Shown: piece by piece, positions 36,706 to 45,727 of the stretch
Numbering within the stretch: position 1 is the first letter of the stretch
Layout: the number at the start of each line of letters is the position of its first letter
DNA from: an uncultured delta proteobacterium
GTDB taxonomy: Bacteria; Desulfobacterota; Desulfobaccia; Desulfobaccales; 0-14-0-80-60-11
Assembly: GCA_963834795.1 (NCBI GenBank)
Contig: CAWIDL010000032.1
Span: 98,979 to 162,978, forward strand
Direction of reading: 5' to 3'
Length of the DNA: 64,000 bases
The notes under the pieces: model-generated
The model's input: the letters and a program-made list of their open reading frames with translations, nothing else
Told to the model about the DNA's origin: nothing
The model's database searches: none
Made by a program: the position numbers and the translations under genes

Positions 36706-37545
36706 TTACCTCCGGCGGGTGACCAGGGTGGCGCAGAGGTTGAGGATCATGATGATTACAAATAAAACAATGCCGGTGGCGAACAGGGCCTCCCGGTGGC
36801 GGCCGGCGGCGTAGCCCAGCTCCAGGGCGATGTTACTGGTGAGGGTGCGCACCGGGTCCAGGATGGAGTCGGGCAGCTTCAGGGCATTGCCCGCCACCAT
36901 GATCACCGCCATGGTTTCGCCCACCGCCCGGCCCATGCCCAGGATGATGGCGGTCATGATGCCCGAAGAGGCCGCGGGCAGCACTACCCGGCGCACCGTT
37001 TGCCATTGGGTGGCCCCCAAGGCGATGGAGCCCTCCCGGTAGAGGGCCGGCACCGCGCTGAGGGCGTCAATGGAGATGCTGATGATGGTGGGCAGGATCA
37101 TGATGCCGAGGATGATGGCCGCGGCCAGGAGCGATAGCCCGGGCCCGCCCAGGTAGTCCCGGATCAGCGGGACCAGCCAGACCACGCCCAGGAAGCCGTA
37201 GACCACCGAGGGGATGCCGGCCAGGAGCTCCAGGGTGGGCTTCAGGACGAGCTTCAGGCGGGTGGGGGAGAATTCCGCCAGGACGATGGCGCAGCTCAGA
37301 CCCAGGGGCATCCCGATGACCATGGCCCCCAGGGTCACCAGCAGGGAGGAGACGATCATGGCCAGGATGCCAAAGTGGCCCTTGGTGGGGGCCCAGTGGC
37401 TGGAGGCCAGGAAATTCTTCAGGCCGGCAAAGTAGATGAGGGGCCCGCCTTCCAGAAAGATGAAGATGGTGATGAGGGCCAGGGAGCTGATGGAAGAAAG
37501 GGCCAGGAGAAACAGCACCCGTTCGATGAATTTGCCCGGTTGCAT
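36706..37545 (-). CDS. pstC: phosphate ABC transporter permease PstC
   Basis: First permease after pstS (SIDALSAVPALYREGSIALGATQWQT). The ATG at 37545 overlaps the pstS stop (TAATG), and upstream track codons overlap pstS. Confidence 0.88.
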   Translation of the reverse strand: MQPGKFIERVLFLLALSSISSLALITIFIFLEGGPLIYFAGLKNFLASSHWAPTKGHFGILAMIVSSLLVTLGAMVIGMPLGLSCAIVLAEFSPTRLKLVLKPTLELLAGIPSVVYGFLGVVWLVPLIRDYLGGPGLSLLAAAIILGIMILPTIISISIDALSAVPALYREGSIALGATQWQTVRRVVLPAASSGIMTAIILGMGRAVGETMAVIMVAGNALKLPDSILDPVRTLTSNIALELGYAAGRHREALFATGIVLFVIIMILNLCATLVTRRR

Positions 37546-38426
37546 TACTGGACCCCCACCAAGCCTTCTTTTTCCAGGATTTGCTGGCCCGGGGGGCTCA
37601 GGACGAAATCGACGAATTGTTGGCAAGAGCCGGTGGGGGCTTCCCGGCTGACCAACAGGAAGCGGCGCCGCAATTTATAGGTATGATTCTTGACATTCTC
37701 CGGGGTGGGAGCGACGCCCTCGATGGTCAACGCCTTAACCCGGTGGTCCACCAGGCCGGCGGAGATATAGGCGATGGCGTTGGGGTCGCCCACCACGATC
37801 TCCCGCACCGCGCCGTTGGAGTCCTGCACCATGGCGGCGGGGCTCACTTCGGCCTTCCCCATCACCAGGTGTTCAAAGGCCTCCCGGGTGCCGGAGCCCT
37901 CCTCCCGGTTGATGGCGTCGATTTCTCGGGGCGGCAGGCCAAAGTCCCGCCAGTTGGTCAATTTGCCCATGAAGATCTCTTTCAATTGGGCGACGCTAAG
38001 GTCGTTCAGGGGATTGGCAGGATGAACGATGACTGCGATGCCGTCATAGGCGATGGGGACCTCGATGAGCTGCTTTTCCGGGCCGAGCAGCTCCCGGGAG
38101 GAGGCCCCCAGGTTGGCGGCCCCCTGAGTGGCGGCGTGGATGCCGGCGCTGGAGCCGCCGCCCTGCACGTCGACGCGCATCTCCGGGTGTTGGTGCATAA
38201 AGATTTCCGCCAATTTCTCGGCGAAGGGCTGCACCGAGGTGGAACCGGCGATGCAGATGGCGTGGGCCGCAGGCCCTGGGCCGCCTTTACAGCCCCAGGT
38301 CCCCGTTAGGAGCGGCAGGCTAAGGAGGCACACTACCAGCAGGCGCGGCAGACTAGCCGGCCGCGAGTCGGGAGACTCCCGGTATGGCGTCAAGGTATCC
38401 CTTACCTCCGTTGGGCTCCAGGGCAA
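37545..38426 (-). CDS. pstS: phosphate-binding protein PstS (lipoprotein)
   Basis: IAGSTSVQPFAEKLAEIF...VQGGGSSAGI...EEGSGTREAF, with lipobox-like LLTGTWGC. Confidence 0.88.
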   Translation of the reverse strand: MPWSPTEVRDTLTPYRESPDSRPASLPRLLVVCLLSLPLLTGTWGCKGGPGPAAHAICIAGSTSVQPFAEKLAEIFMHQHPEMRVDVQGGGSSAGIHAATQGAANLGASSRELLGPEKQLIEVPIAYDGIAVIVHPANPLNDLSVAQLKEIFMGKLTNWRDFGLPPREIDAINREEGSGTREAFEHLVMGKAEVSPAAMVQDSNGAVREIVVGDPNAIAYISAGLVDHRVKALTIEGVAPTPENVKNHTYKLRRRFLLVSREAPTGSCQQFVDFVLSPPGQQILEKEGLVGVQ

Positions 38427-38539
38427 TAAGGCTCAAACCAAAGGGTTAAATCGCAGCAGGTTAGACCATAGCCTTATAATCAAAGGGTTTTCTGAAACCC
38501 AACCGCGGAGAAATTCTGGCATTAATCATGTAGATTATT

Positions 38540-38590
38540 TCACAATCATAGACAAGCTTCAACCTTAAAGAACCTTAAAGCATCACAATC
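38540..38590. promoter_or_regulatory. direct-repeat array in the pstS upstream region (candidate Pho-type operator)
   Basis: TCACAATC (38540-47), then N13, then AACCTTAAAG x2 exact tandem (38561-80), then N2, then TCACAATC (38583-90). This lies 115-165 nt upstream of the pstS start. Confidence 0.3.
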
Positions 38591-38629
38591 GAGATCGCAG
38601 ACCAAGATTTCGCTCGCCAATCAAAAGCA

Positions 38630-38845
38630 ATGGCTAACATGTCCAAAACTTTTCAGGAACATCGCCAGTTTCTGCATTACGCCTGGGGTCAGGTGCGCCT
38701 CCCCGAACCGGGAGAAGGGCCGCTGGATTACTTATTGCCTGAGACGCGCTGGCAGGAATTGCTGCACCGCCAGTCTGATCCCGCGGCCTGGCTCATGGCG
38801 GTGTCCCAGGCCACCGGGGTCTATTTTTTTCCCTCCCGGGAATAG
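38630..38845 (+). CDS. hypothetical 71-aa ORF
   Basis: ORF-track only, with plausible composition. No motif or clear RBS was seen, so it may be a gene fragment. Confidence 0.3.
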   Translation: MANMSKTFQEHRQFLHYAWGQVRLPEPGEGPLDYLLPETRWQELLHRQSDPAAWLMAVSQATGVYFFPSRE

Positions 38846-38891
38846 CCGCCCCGATTGCTGCGGTATCTTAAGCTCTTACAAATTACGCGGC

Positions 38892-39140
38892 GTCGAGTAG
38901 CGTGGGGGAATCTCACCCCCACGCCCTCACAGATCCGTACGTGAACCTCTCGGCTCATACGGCTCGTGCCAGCCTTACTCCTGAAGCCTCCCGACTTCAA
39001 GCCGACACAGACAGCTAAAGCTCCTCCCAATTCATCTGGTTGGCCCCAACTCCCTGTGAGCTGACTCATCCCCTTCGCTCCATTCTCATTACAAGAACTT
39101 CCTCGCTACTACGGGATGATCCGCCCCCTTCATGTGCCTC
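38892..39140 (-). mobile_element. group II intron 3' fragment (domains V and VI), without an RT ORF
   Basis: The minus strand at 38965-38932 reads GAGCCGTATGAGCCGAGAGGTTCACGTACGGATC, a 34-nt domain V with the AGC triad. It is followed by a domain VI helix, GAGGGCGTGGGGG-tgagatt-CCCCCACGC-tA-CTC, with a bulged A. The 5' boundary is not defined. Confidence 0.65.
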
Positions 39141-39152
39141 ACTTATCCGGGA

Positions 39153-39719
39153 TTACTCCGCCGGCAGGTGCAAGGAGAAGAGGCTCCCCGCTCCCGGGGT
39201 GCTTTCCACCGTCACCCGGCCGTGGTGCGCCTGGGCAATGTGCTTGACGATGGCCAATCCCAGGCCGGTGCCGCCGATCTTCCGGCTGCGTCCGGCATCC
39301 ACCCGGTAGAAACGTTCAAAGATGCGGTCTAGTTGACTCTTCTCGATGCCTACCCCCTGGTCCCGAACCCGGACCACCACCTCGGCGTCGTCCCTTAGAG
39401 CCTCCACCTGCACGGCGCTGCCCGCGGGGCTGTATTTGACGGCGTTGTCAATCAGGTTCACCAGGGCCTGTTCCAGGAGGGGCGCGTTGATCCGGGCCCG
39501 CAAGATCCGGGGACTGAAGGGTTTGGGGAGATAGTCATCCGCCCCCAACTCCAGGCCGCTGACAATATCCGCCTCTTCCCCCTTGGCGGTGAGCATGATG
39601 ACGGGAATGGTCCGGGTCCGGGCCTCGCCCTTCAGCAGGCGGCAGACCTCCAGACCGTCCATTCCCGGCAGTAGGAGATCGAGTAAGCCGAGATTATGCG
39701 GCAGACTTGGCCGTTGCGG
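39153..39719 (-). pseudogene. phoB'-'phoR in-frame deletion fusion remnant
   Basis: The open frame starts right after TGA at 39720-22. [19 protein letters not shown]...[36 protein letters not shown] is the middle of a receiver domain. It is joined directly to [16 protein letters not shown]...[26 protein letters not shown]...[15 protein letters not shown], a PhoR-type HATPase end. Confidence 0.7.
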
Positions 39720-40162
39720 TCAAAAAATGGTATTAAAGGATCTCTGTGCCCGGAGAAAATCCCTCAAAGTTCTCTTCTTGAAGCCAATTCCTTTCAGCGA
39801 TGGCATGATAGCATAATTTTCCGTGAATCTGTCAACCCACCAGCAAGACAGAGTATTTTTTCAAAAATTTTGGCATACCTGCCCATCAGAACCAGGATAC
39901 CTCAACGCGATGGAGCTTACGGACCCCAGCCCAGCACCGCCCGATAATGGTGAGCCAGAGGAAAAGCAGAGGGCACATGCACATACCACGTATACCTGCT
40001 ATCTATTTGCTCCCCACCTTCCATGATATTGCTATTGATCTCCAACTCATATCTATCTTTTATCTACCTCTGATATTACCTAAAGACCCGAGTGGTCAGC
40101 GATCCTAATTTCTAATTTAGACGGCATTTCAGGGGCTCATCTCGTTACTGCCGGCCCTCTAT

Positions 40163-40293
40163 CAGGTTGTTGAAAAACTCCCATAATTGAGAATTTGTCA
40201 TTCTGAGCGAAGCGAAGAATCTAGTCATATTAATTAGTTCTAGATCCTTCACTTCGTTCAGGATGACATAAAAACGCGTTTTTCAACAACCTG
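40163..40293. repeat. MITE family 1 variant (arms caggttgttgaaaaac / gtttttcaacaacctg)
   Basis: Contains the tgtcattctgagcgaagcgaagaatct...gatccttcacttcgttcaggatgaca core and abuts the rnr stop codon (40294-96). Confidence 0.8.
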
Positions 40294-42285
40294 CTAGGCC
40301 AGCGACACCTTGATCTGGTCCTCCCGGGGTGAAACCCGGTCCAGCCGCACCAGGACGGTGTCCCCGGGGGAGAGCTTCAGACCGGCGGGCGCCGCCATAA
40401 ACAGCTCCAGCAACAGGTCGGGGAAGATGAGGCGGTAGCGGTGGGGCAAGGACTCCAGCACCAGGGCCTCCTTCTTCTGTCCCAGCCGGGCAGCCAGGTA
40501 CTTCAGCAGCCAATAGCGCAGCCGCCGGGCCTTAAGCTTTCCACCCCGGCGCATGGCCGGCTCCAGCAGCGGCAGGATTTGCTCCAGGTCCTGGCGGCGA
40601 TAGGGGGGCGGGCCGTCGCTCAGGGCCGCCAGGAGCTGGCGGTGGATCAAGAGGTCCAGGTAGCGGCGGATAGGGGAAGTGGCCAGGGTATAGCAGCTCA
40701 ACCCCAGACCCCAGTGGGGCAGGGGCGAAAGGCCCATCACCACCCGGCTGAGACTGCGCCGGTCCCGCCATAATTCCCACAGATCCTTGTGCTCCTTTGG
40801 CTGGATAGGTTCCCGGGGCTCCGGCTGACTGCGATAGATCGCGGGGATGCCCCGGTCGGCCAGAAAGCGGGCCGCCAGGGAATTGGCCAGCACCATGGCC
40901 TCCGCTACTAATTGGCGGCTGGAAGTCTCCTGGTCCTCCACCGACACCTGCAACTCCCCCTGGGGGCCGAAAATCACCCAAACCTCAGGCAGTTGCAGCT
41001 CATAGCCGCCCCGGGCCAGGCGCTCCTCCTTGAGCCTCCGGGTCAACCGGGAGAGAACCGCCAGGGTTCGGTCCTGTTGAATCAGGGCCTCCACCTCGTG
41101 GTAAGTCAGCCTGCGGCTCACCTTGATGAGACTGGGTTCGATGGCCCAGTCCAGGACCTCCGCCTCCGGGCTCAGGGTCACCATGAAGCTCAGGGCCCGG
41201 CGTTGGCGGTGGGCCAGGAGGCTCAAAAGATCTTCGGAAATCTCCTCCGGCAGCATGGGCAGGCGCCGTTCCGGCAGATAGATGGAACTGCCCCGTTCCC
41301 CGGCTTCCCGATCCAGGGGGGCGCCGGGTTGGACCACGGTCGAGACATCGGAAATGTGGATGCCGAGACGCCAGCCCTCCGGGAGCTCTTCCAGGCTGAG
41401 GGCGTCATCGAAATCCCGGGTGTGCTCCCCGTCGATGGTGATCAGCGAAAGGTTGCTCAGGTCTCGGCGCCAGGCCGCGTATGGGTCTGAGGCAGGAGGT
41501 GAACTGGCCAGTTGCCGGCTCTGAGACAGGGCCGCAGGGGAAAACTGCACTGGCGCTTCCAGGTGGTGCAATTCCAGGTCTTCATCTTCATCAAAGACTC
41601 CCAGGCGCACCAGCAGCCGAAAAGGGGCCGCACCTGCGCTCAGGCCGGCCTGGTCCAGATAAGCCTTACCCTGGTCATAATCCGGGGCCTCAGCTCCGCT
41701 AACCGCCATCCGACGCAGTAGCGCCACCACCGATTCCCGCCAGGGATAGTGCCTGGAAAGCTCCCGCCCCTCCCAGACCGCCTGCAGCCAGGCGCCCACC
41801 TCCGCCAGTTCCCGTCGCCGGGCCGCTTCCCGTTCTTGTTGCTGCCGCAGTTGGGCTACCAGCTCCGGCGGGTTGGCCTCGACCTGCTCGTCTCTGAGCT
41901 TGAAGAGGAGCCGATCTTCCCGCAGCCTTCTACCGGTGGCTGCCACTTCATCCGCGGAGGCGCGGCCGAACCACAGCTCGGCCAACTCCGTCACGGTGGC
42001 GGGATGGTTCTCCGGGACCAGCAGCTCCCAAAGCTCCTCGAGATTAATGGCGGCCTTCAGGACTTCCCGCCTCCCGGCGGCCTCCTCCAGGCGCTTCAGC
42101 AAATCCTGGCGGATTAATCGGTTCAGGGGCAGAGAGGGCCCGGCGTGCAAGAGACGCTTGGGGGGCAGGGTAAGTTCCCGGCCGTTCTGGCTCAGGACAT
42201 GCAAGCGCTCCCCTTTGAGCTCCAAGACCACGCCGCAAAGGATGCGCTTTTCCTCGAAAAATTCTACAATGCTGCCGGGTTCCAT
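40294..42285 (-). CDS. rnr: RNB-family exoribonuclease (RNase R / RNase II-like)
   Basis: RNB motifs ITIDGEHTRDFDDALS, GIHISDVS, SIYLPERRLPMLP and TSPIRRYLDL, plus a C-terminal S1-like segment. Confidence 0.88.
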   Translation of the reverse strand: MEPGSIVEFFEEKRILCGVVLELKGERLHVLSQNGRELTLPPKRLLHAGPSLPLNRLIRQDLLKRLEEAAGRREVLKAAINLEELWELLVPENHPATVTELAELWFGRASADEVAATGRRLREDRLLFKLRDEQVEANPPELVAQLRQQQEREAARRRELAEVGAWLQAVWEGRELSRHYPWRESVVALLRRMAVSGAEAPDYDQGKAYLDQAGLSAGAAPFRLLVRLGVFDEDEDLELHHLEAPVQFSPAALSQSRQLASSPPASDPYAAWRRDLSNLSLITIDGEHTRDFDDALSLEELPEGWRLGIHISDVSTVVQPGAPLDREAGERGSSIYLPERRLPMLPEEISEDLLSLLAHRQRRALSFMVTLSPEAEVLDWAIEPSLIKVSRRLTYHEVEALIQQDRTLAVLSRLTRRLKEERLARGGYELQLPEVWVIFGPQGELQVSVEDQETSSRQLVAEAMVLANSLAARFLADRGIPAIYRSQPEPREPIQPKEHKDLWELWRDRRSLSRVVMGLSPLPHWGLGLSCYTLATSPIRRYLDLLIHRQLLAALSDGPPPYRRQDLEQILPLLEPAMRRGGKLKARRLRYWLLKYLAARLGQKKEALVLESLPHRYRLIFPDLLLELFMAAPAGLKLSPGDTVLVRLDRVSPREDQIKVSLA

Positions 42286-42362
42286 GTGGGGCCAAAATTA
42301 CCAGAATCCCCGGAAATGTCAACGAAGAGGGTTTTTGGTCTGCGGTGGCCACGGCCCGGTTG

Positions 42363-42399
42363 CGATCTGGTTCCCAAGTTAAACTTGGGAACCAGATCG
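42363..42399. repeat. palindromic repeat, family 5
   Basis: cgatctggttcccaagttaaacttgggaaccagatcg. Confidence 0.8.
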
Positions 42400-42496
42400 G
42401 ATCAGGATGAACTTTGGTGCGCCCCCCTGAAAATAATCATTTGATGTCCTCCTATTGGCGCAAAAACAGATATTAGGGGGCCAGGATAACACCCTC

Positions 42497-43606
42497 TCAC
42501 CATCTATAAAACTCCTGATAACGGTTCAAGACCTCAGCCCCCTGCGGCTGCAACAACACCATATTCTCCAGGCGAACCCCGCCCCAATCCGCCAGGTAGA
42601 TGCCCGGCTCCACCGTTAATACACTACCGGACTTGAGTAAGGTGCGGCGCTCCGGGTTCGGGTTCAGGGAGGGGTTTTCATGCACCGCCAGGCCCACCCC
42701 GTGGCCCAGGGAATGGCCGAAGGCCTCGCCGTAGCCCGCCTCGGCGATCACCTCCCGGGCCAGGGCGTCTCCCGTCAGGCTGTCCATCCCGGCCCGGAGC
42801 CCCGTCTCCGCCCGGGCCTGGGCCTGGCGCACCAGGGTGTAAATCTCTTGGAACCGCTCATCCGGAGGTCCCAGGAGATAAGTGCGGGTGAGGTCTGCGC
42901 AGTAGCCGTTCAGCCGGGCGCCCATATCGATGATGATGGGTTCCCCGGCCTCGATGACCCGGTCACCCGGCTGGTAATGGGGGCGGGCGCTGTTGGTCCC
43001 CGCGGCCACGATGGGGGGAAAGGCCAGGGCCTCCGCCCCCCCCTCTCGCAGACCCTTTTCAATCTCCCAGGCCACCTGGCGCTCTGTCTTCCCCGGGGCC
43101 AGTGCCGCGGCAACCCGGCGCAGGACCAGCTCGCTCAGTTCCAGAGCCCGGCGCATGGCCGCCAATTCATCCGGCGCCTTGGTTTCCCGCAGCTCTTCCA
43201 CCAACCCTTCCAGGGGCTCCCACTCCACCCGGAGGCCTTGCGTGGCCGCGGCGGCGGCGCTCAGCCGTTGATACTGCCGGTAGCTAAGGTGGGCCGCCTC
43301 GAAACCCAGGCGGCGCACCCCCAACTCTTTAAGGAGCTCCGCCAGGCTGTCCCCCAGGGTTTGGCGGTAAACCTCAATCCGAAAGGCCGCGGCTTCCTGC
43401 CGGGCCCAAATTTGGTAGCGGAAATCGGTGATGAGCAACGCCGCGGCCTGGGTGATGAGAAGCAATCCCCAGTCGGGATCCTCCGCGCTGAAGCCGCTGA
43501 GATAACGGCGGTTCTCCGGGCCGCAGACCAGGATGGCGTCCACATCCTGGGACGACAGCAGGTTTCTCAGGGCCGAGAGCCGCGAGCTTTCGGAAGTAGT
43601 AGGCAT
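42497..43606 (-). CDS. pepP: M24-family Xaa-Pro aminopeptidase
   Basis: Metal ligand motifs IIIDMGARLNGYCADLTRT, HSLGHGVGLAVHE and LTVEPGIY. Confidence 0.88.
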   Translation of the reverse strand: MPTTSESSRLSALRNLLSSQDVDAILVCGPENRRYLSGFSAEDPDWGLLLITQAAALLITDFRYQIWARQEAAAFRIEVYRQTLGDSLAELLKELGVRRLGFEAAHLSYRQYQRLSAAAAATQGLRVEWEPLEGLVEELRETKAPDELAAMRRALELSELVLRRVAAALAPGKTERQVAWEIEKGLREGGAEALAFPPIVAAGTNSARPHYQPGDRVIEAGEPIIIDMGARLNGYCADLTRTYLLGPPDERFQEIYTLVRQAQARAETGLRAGMDSLTGDALAREVIAEAGYGEAFGHSLGHGVGLAVHENPSLNPNPERRTLLKSGSVLTVEPGIYLADWGGVRLENMVLLQPQGAEVLNRYQEFYRW

Positions 43607-43907
43607 TCCTGCATTCTGGGAAAAACCCCGCTGAAAATCAAGGGAAAAGCTCTTTTTTAAGGGGAGCGCGCTCCTGAAAATACACAGGCGGGACGCCTAG
43701 GCTACCTGGACCTGGTAGCATGAGCCTCTGGCCGGTGCAGCCTGCCGGCATCCTTACCCGGTCCAGCTCCGGCGGATGGGCTATTGACAACCCGGAGATT
43801 TCAAATTAACCTATCATGTCATGAGTTAAATCCTGATCCTGAGCAGAGTTTCCGCCCCCACCGAAGGTGGGGATGCCTTCATTTCTATTTATTCCGGGAC
43901 ACGTGGT

Positions 43908-44540
43908 TTGATCAAGCTGGTAGCCTTTGATTGCGATGGGGTCTTGTTCGACTCCCGGCAGGCCAACATCGCCTTTTATAATACCATTCTGGCCCGTTTT
44001 GAGCGCCCGCGCTTAAGCTCCCAGGCCGAGGATTATGTCCACAGCCATACCGTCCAGAAATCCCTGGAGTATCTCTTCCAGGGCTATCCCCGCCTGGAGG
44101 CGGTCTTCGATTTTGCCCGCAGCTTCGATTACCAGCCCTTTATTCCGATGATGGTGGAAGAGCCGCACCTCCGGGAATTCCTGGACTTTTTGCGCCCCGC
44201 CTGTTTCACCGCCCTGGCCACCAATCGCACTACCACCACCCGAGCGGTGCTGCACTATCACGGTTTGACCGATGGCTTTGACCTGGTGATTTCGGCCCAG
44301 GACGTCTCCCACCCCAAACCGCATCCGGAATCCTTTGAACGCATCCTGGGCCACTTCGGTCTTAAGGCCCGGGAGGCCATCTATATCGGTGACTCTGAGG
44401 TGGACCAGGACTTTGCCGCCAATGCCGGGGTGGCCCTGGTGGCCTACCGCAACCCCCGTCTCCAGGCGGCCCATCATCTCGAGTCCTTCGCGGCCGCACC
44501 GGCCTTGATCCGGAGACTCAACCGGGTCGCATACCCCTGA
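43908..44540 (+). CDS. HAD-superfamily hydrolase (phosphoglycolate phosphatase-like)
   Basis: Motif [11 protein letters not shown], motif II ATNR, motif III/IV KPHPE...[11 protein letters not shown] start per the ORF track. Confidence 0.8.
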   Translation: MIKLVAFDCDGVLFDSRQANIAFYNTILARFERPRLSSQAEDYVHSHTVQKSLEYLFQGYPRLEAVFDFARSFDYQPFIPMMVEEPHLREFLDFLRPACFTALATNRTTTTRAVLHYHGLTDGFDLVISAQDVSHPKPHPESFERILGHFGLKAREAIYIGDSEVDQDFAANAGVALVAYRNPRLQAAHHLESFAAAPALIRRLNRVAYP

Positions 44541-44554
44541 GAAAGGAGTCCATT

Positions 44555-44716
44555 ATGAAGAAATATCAGTGCCAGATTTGCGGTTATATTTACGATCCCG
44601 CCCAGGGTGACCCGGACAACGGCGTCCCTGCCGGCACCCCATTTGAAAAACTGCCCCCGGAGTGGGTCTGCCCCTTGTGCGGCGCCCCCCAGGATCAATT
44701 CGCACCCATGGATTAA
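44555..44716 (+). CDS. rubredoxin (53 aa)
   Basis: [22 protein letters not shown]...[21 protein letters not shown] carries two CxxCG knuckles. Missed by the 60-aa ORF track. Confidence 0.9.
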   Translation: MKKYQCQICGYIYDPAQGDPDNGVPAGTPFEKLPPEWVCPLCGAPQDQFAPMD

Positions 44717-44769
44717 GGGATCCAGGCGCTGCCCAGAGCCGCTTGCCCCACTACCATTATCCGAGGGAA

Positions 44770-45579
44770 ATGAAAACGTTGTCCGCCAAACTTCAGGAAT
44801 CCGCCCCGCGCCCGCGTCCACCGGATAAATCCATCTTCCGAGAGTATGGCGAGGCATTGGGCATCGCCATTATCCTGGCCCTGATCATCCGGGCCTTTCT
44901 TTTCGAGGCCTTTTCCATTCCCTCCGGGTCCATGGAAAACACCCTGCTGGTGGGGGACTACCTCCTGGTAAACAGATTAAGCTATGGCATCCGCAATCCC
45001 TTCACCAACCGGGTAATGATGCCCCTGGGCACACCCAAGCGGGGCGACGTGGTGGTCTTCATCTTCACCCTGGATCCCAGCAAAGACTATATCAATCAAC
45101 CGCCATCCAGTATCTACCGCGATAACCCGGCCTATACCGAATCAAAAGACTATATCAAGAGGGTTATCGGCCTGCCCGGGGATAAGCTGCAGATTATCAA
45201 TAAAAAAGTTTACATTAACGACCAGGAATTCAAGATACCCCAGGCAGTCTTCAAAGACAGCGGCGAACAGGAGCAATTTATCCCGGCCGATCAGGCGCCC
45301 CGGGATAATTACGGCCCGGTGGTGGTCCCTCCGCACTGCTATTTCTGCATGGGCGATAACCGGGACCACAGCTTCGACGGCCGTTTTTGGGGTTTCGTGA
45401 CCATGGACGCCCTCAAGGGGAAGGCCATGATCATCTATTTCTCCTGGAAGGGGCCTCCCGGGGAACCAAAATTCCTCCCGAGCTTCCTGGGGGGACTGAA
45501 TGGGCTGATCCACCACCTCTCCTGGGACACTCGACAATTCCAGGTGCGCTGGGACCGGATTGGAAAAATCATCCCTTGA
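44770..45579 (+). CDS. lepB: signal peptidase I
   Basis: SIPSGSMENTLLVGDYLLVNR (catalytic Ser), KRVIGLPGD (Lys box), GDNRDHSFDGRFWG. Confidence 0.9.
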   Translation: MKTLSAKLQESAPRPRPPDKSIFREYGEALGIAIILALIIRAFLFEAFSIPSGSMENTLLVGDYLLVNRLSYGIRNPFTNRVMMPLGTPKRGDVVVFIFTLDPSKDYINQPPSSIYRDNPAYTESKDYIKRVIGLPGDKLQIINKKVYINDQEFKIPQAVFKDSGEQEQFIPADQAPRDNYGPVVVPPHCYFCMGDNRDHSFDGRFWGFVTMDALKGKAMIIYFSWKGPPGEPKFLPSFLGGLNGLIHHLSWDTRQFQVRWDRIGKIIP

Positions 45580-45591
45580 GAGGCGGTCTCA

Positions 45592-45727
45592 TTTTCGGTT
45601 TTCGGTTTTCGGTTGAGGGAAGATTAATAACCGCGGTGAGGCGCACCGATTAACCGGTATCGGTTCGATAATGTTTGCCATTACAACCCAGAGATGCAAA
45701 TACCGAAAACCGAAAACCCAAAACCGA
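45592..45727. repeat. MITE-like element, family 4 (heptamer arms)
   Basis: ttttcggttttcggttttcggtt ... ccgaaaaccgaaaacccaaaaccg. It sits between the lepB stop and the next gene and contains that gene's predicted ATG. Confidence 0.7.

Noticed and set aside
39663-39830. The missing N-terminal part of the PhoB receiver in another frame (simple frameshift hypothesis).
   Set aside because: None of the three frames shows the DD acidic pocket or a beta1 strand (ILVVDDE-like). The upstream segment seems unrelated or too decayed.
39866-39885. Sigma54 promoter at TTGGCATACCTGCC (also 63748-63762).
   Set aside because: The GG-to-GC spacing is 9 nt instead of the required 12, and there is no TTGC -12 element.
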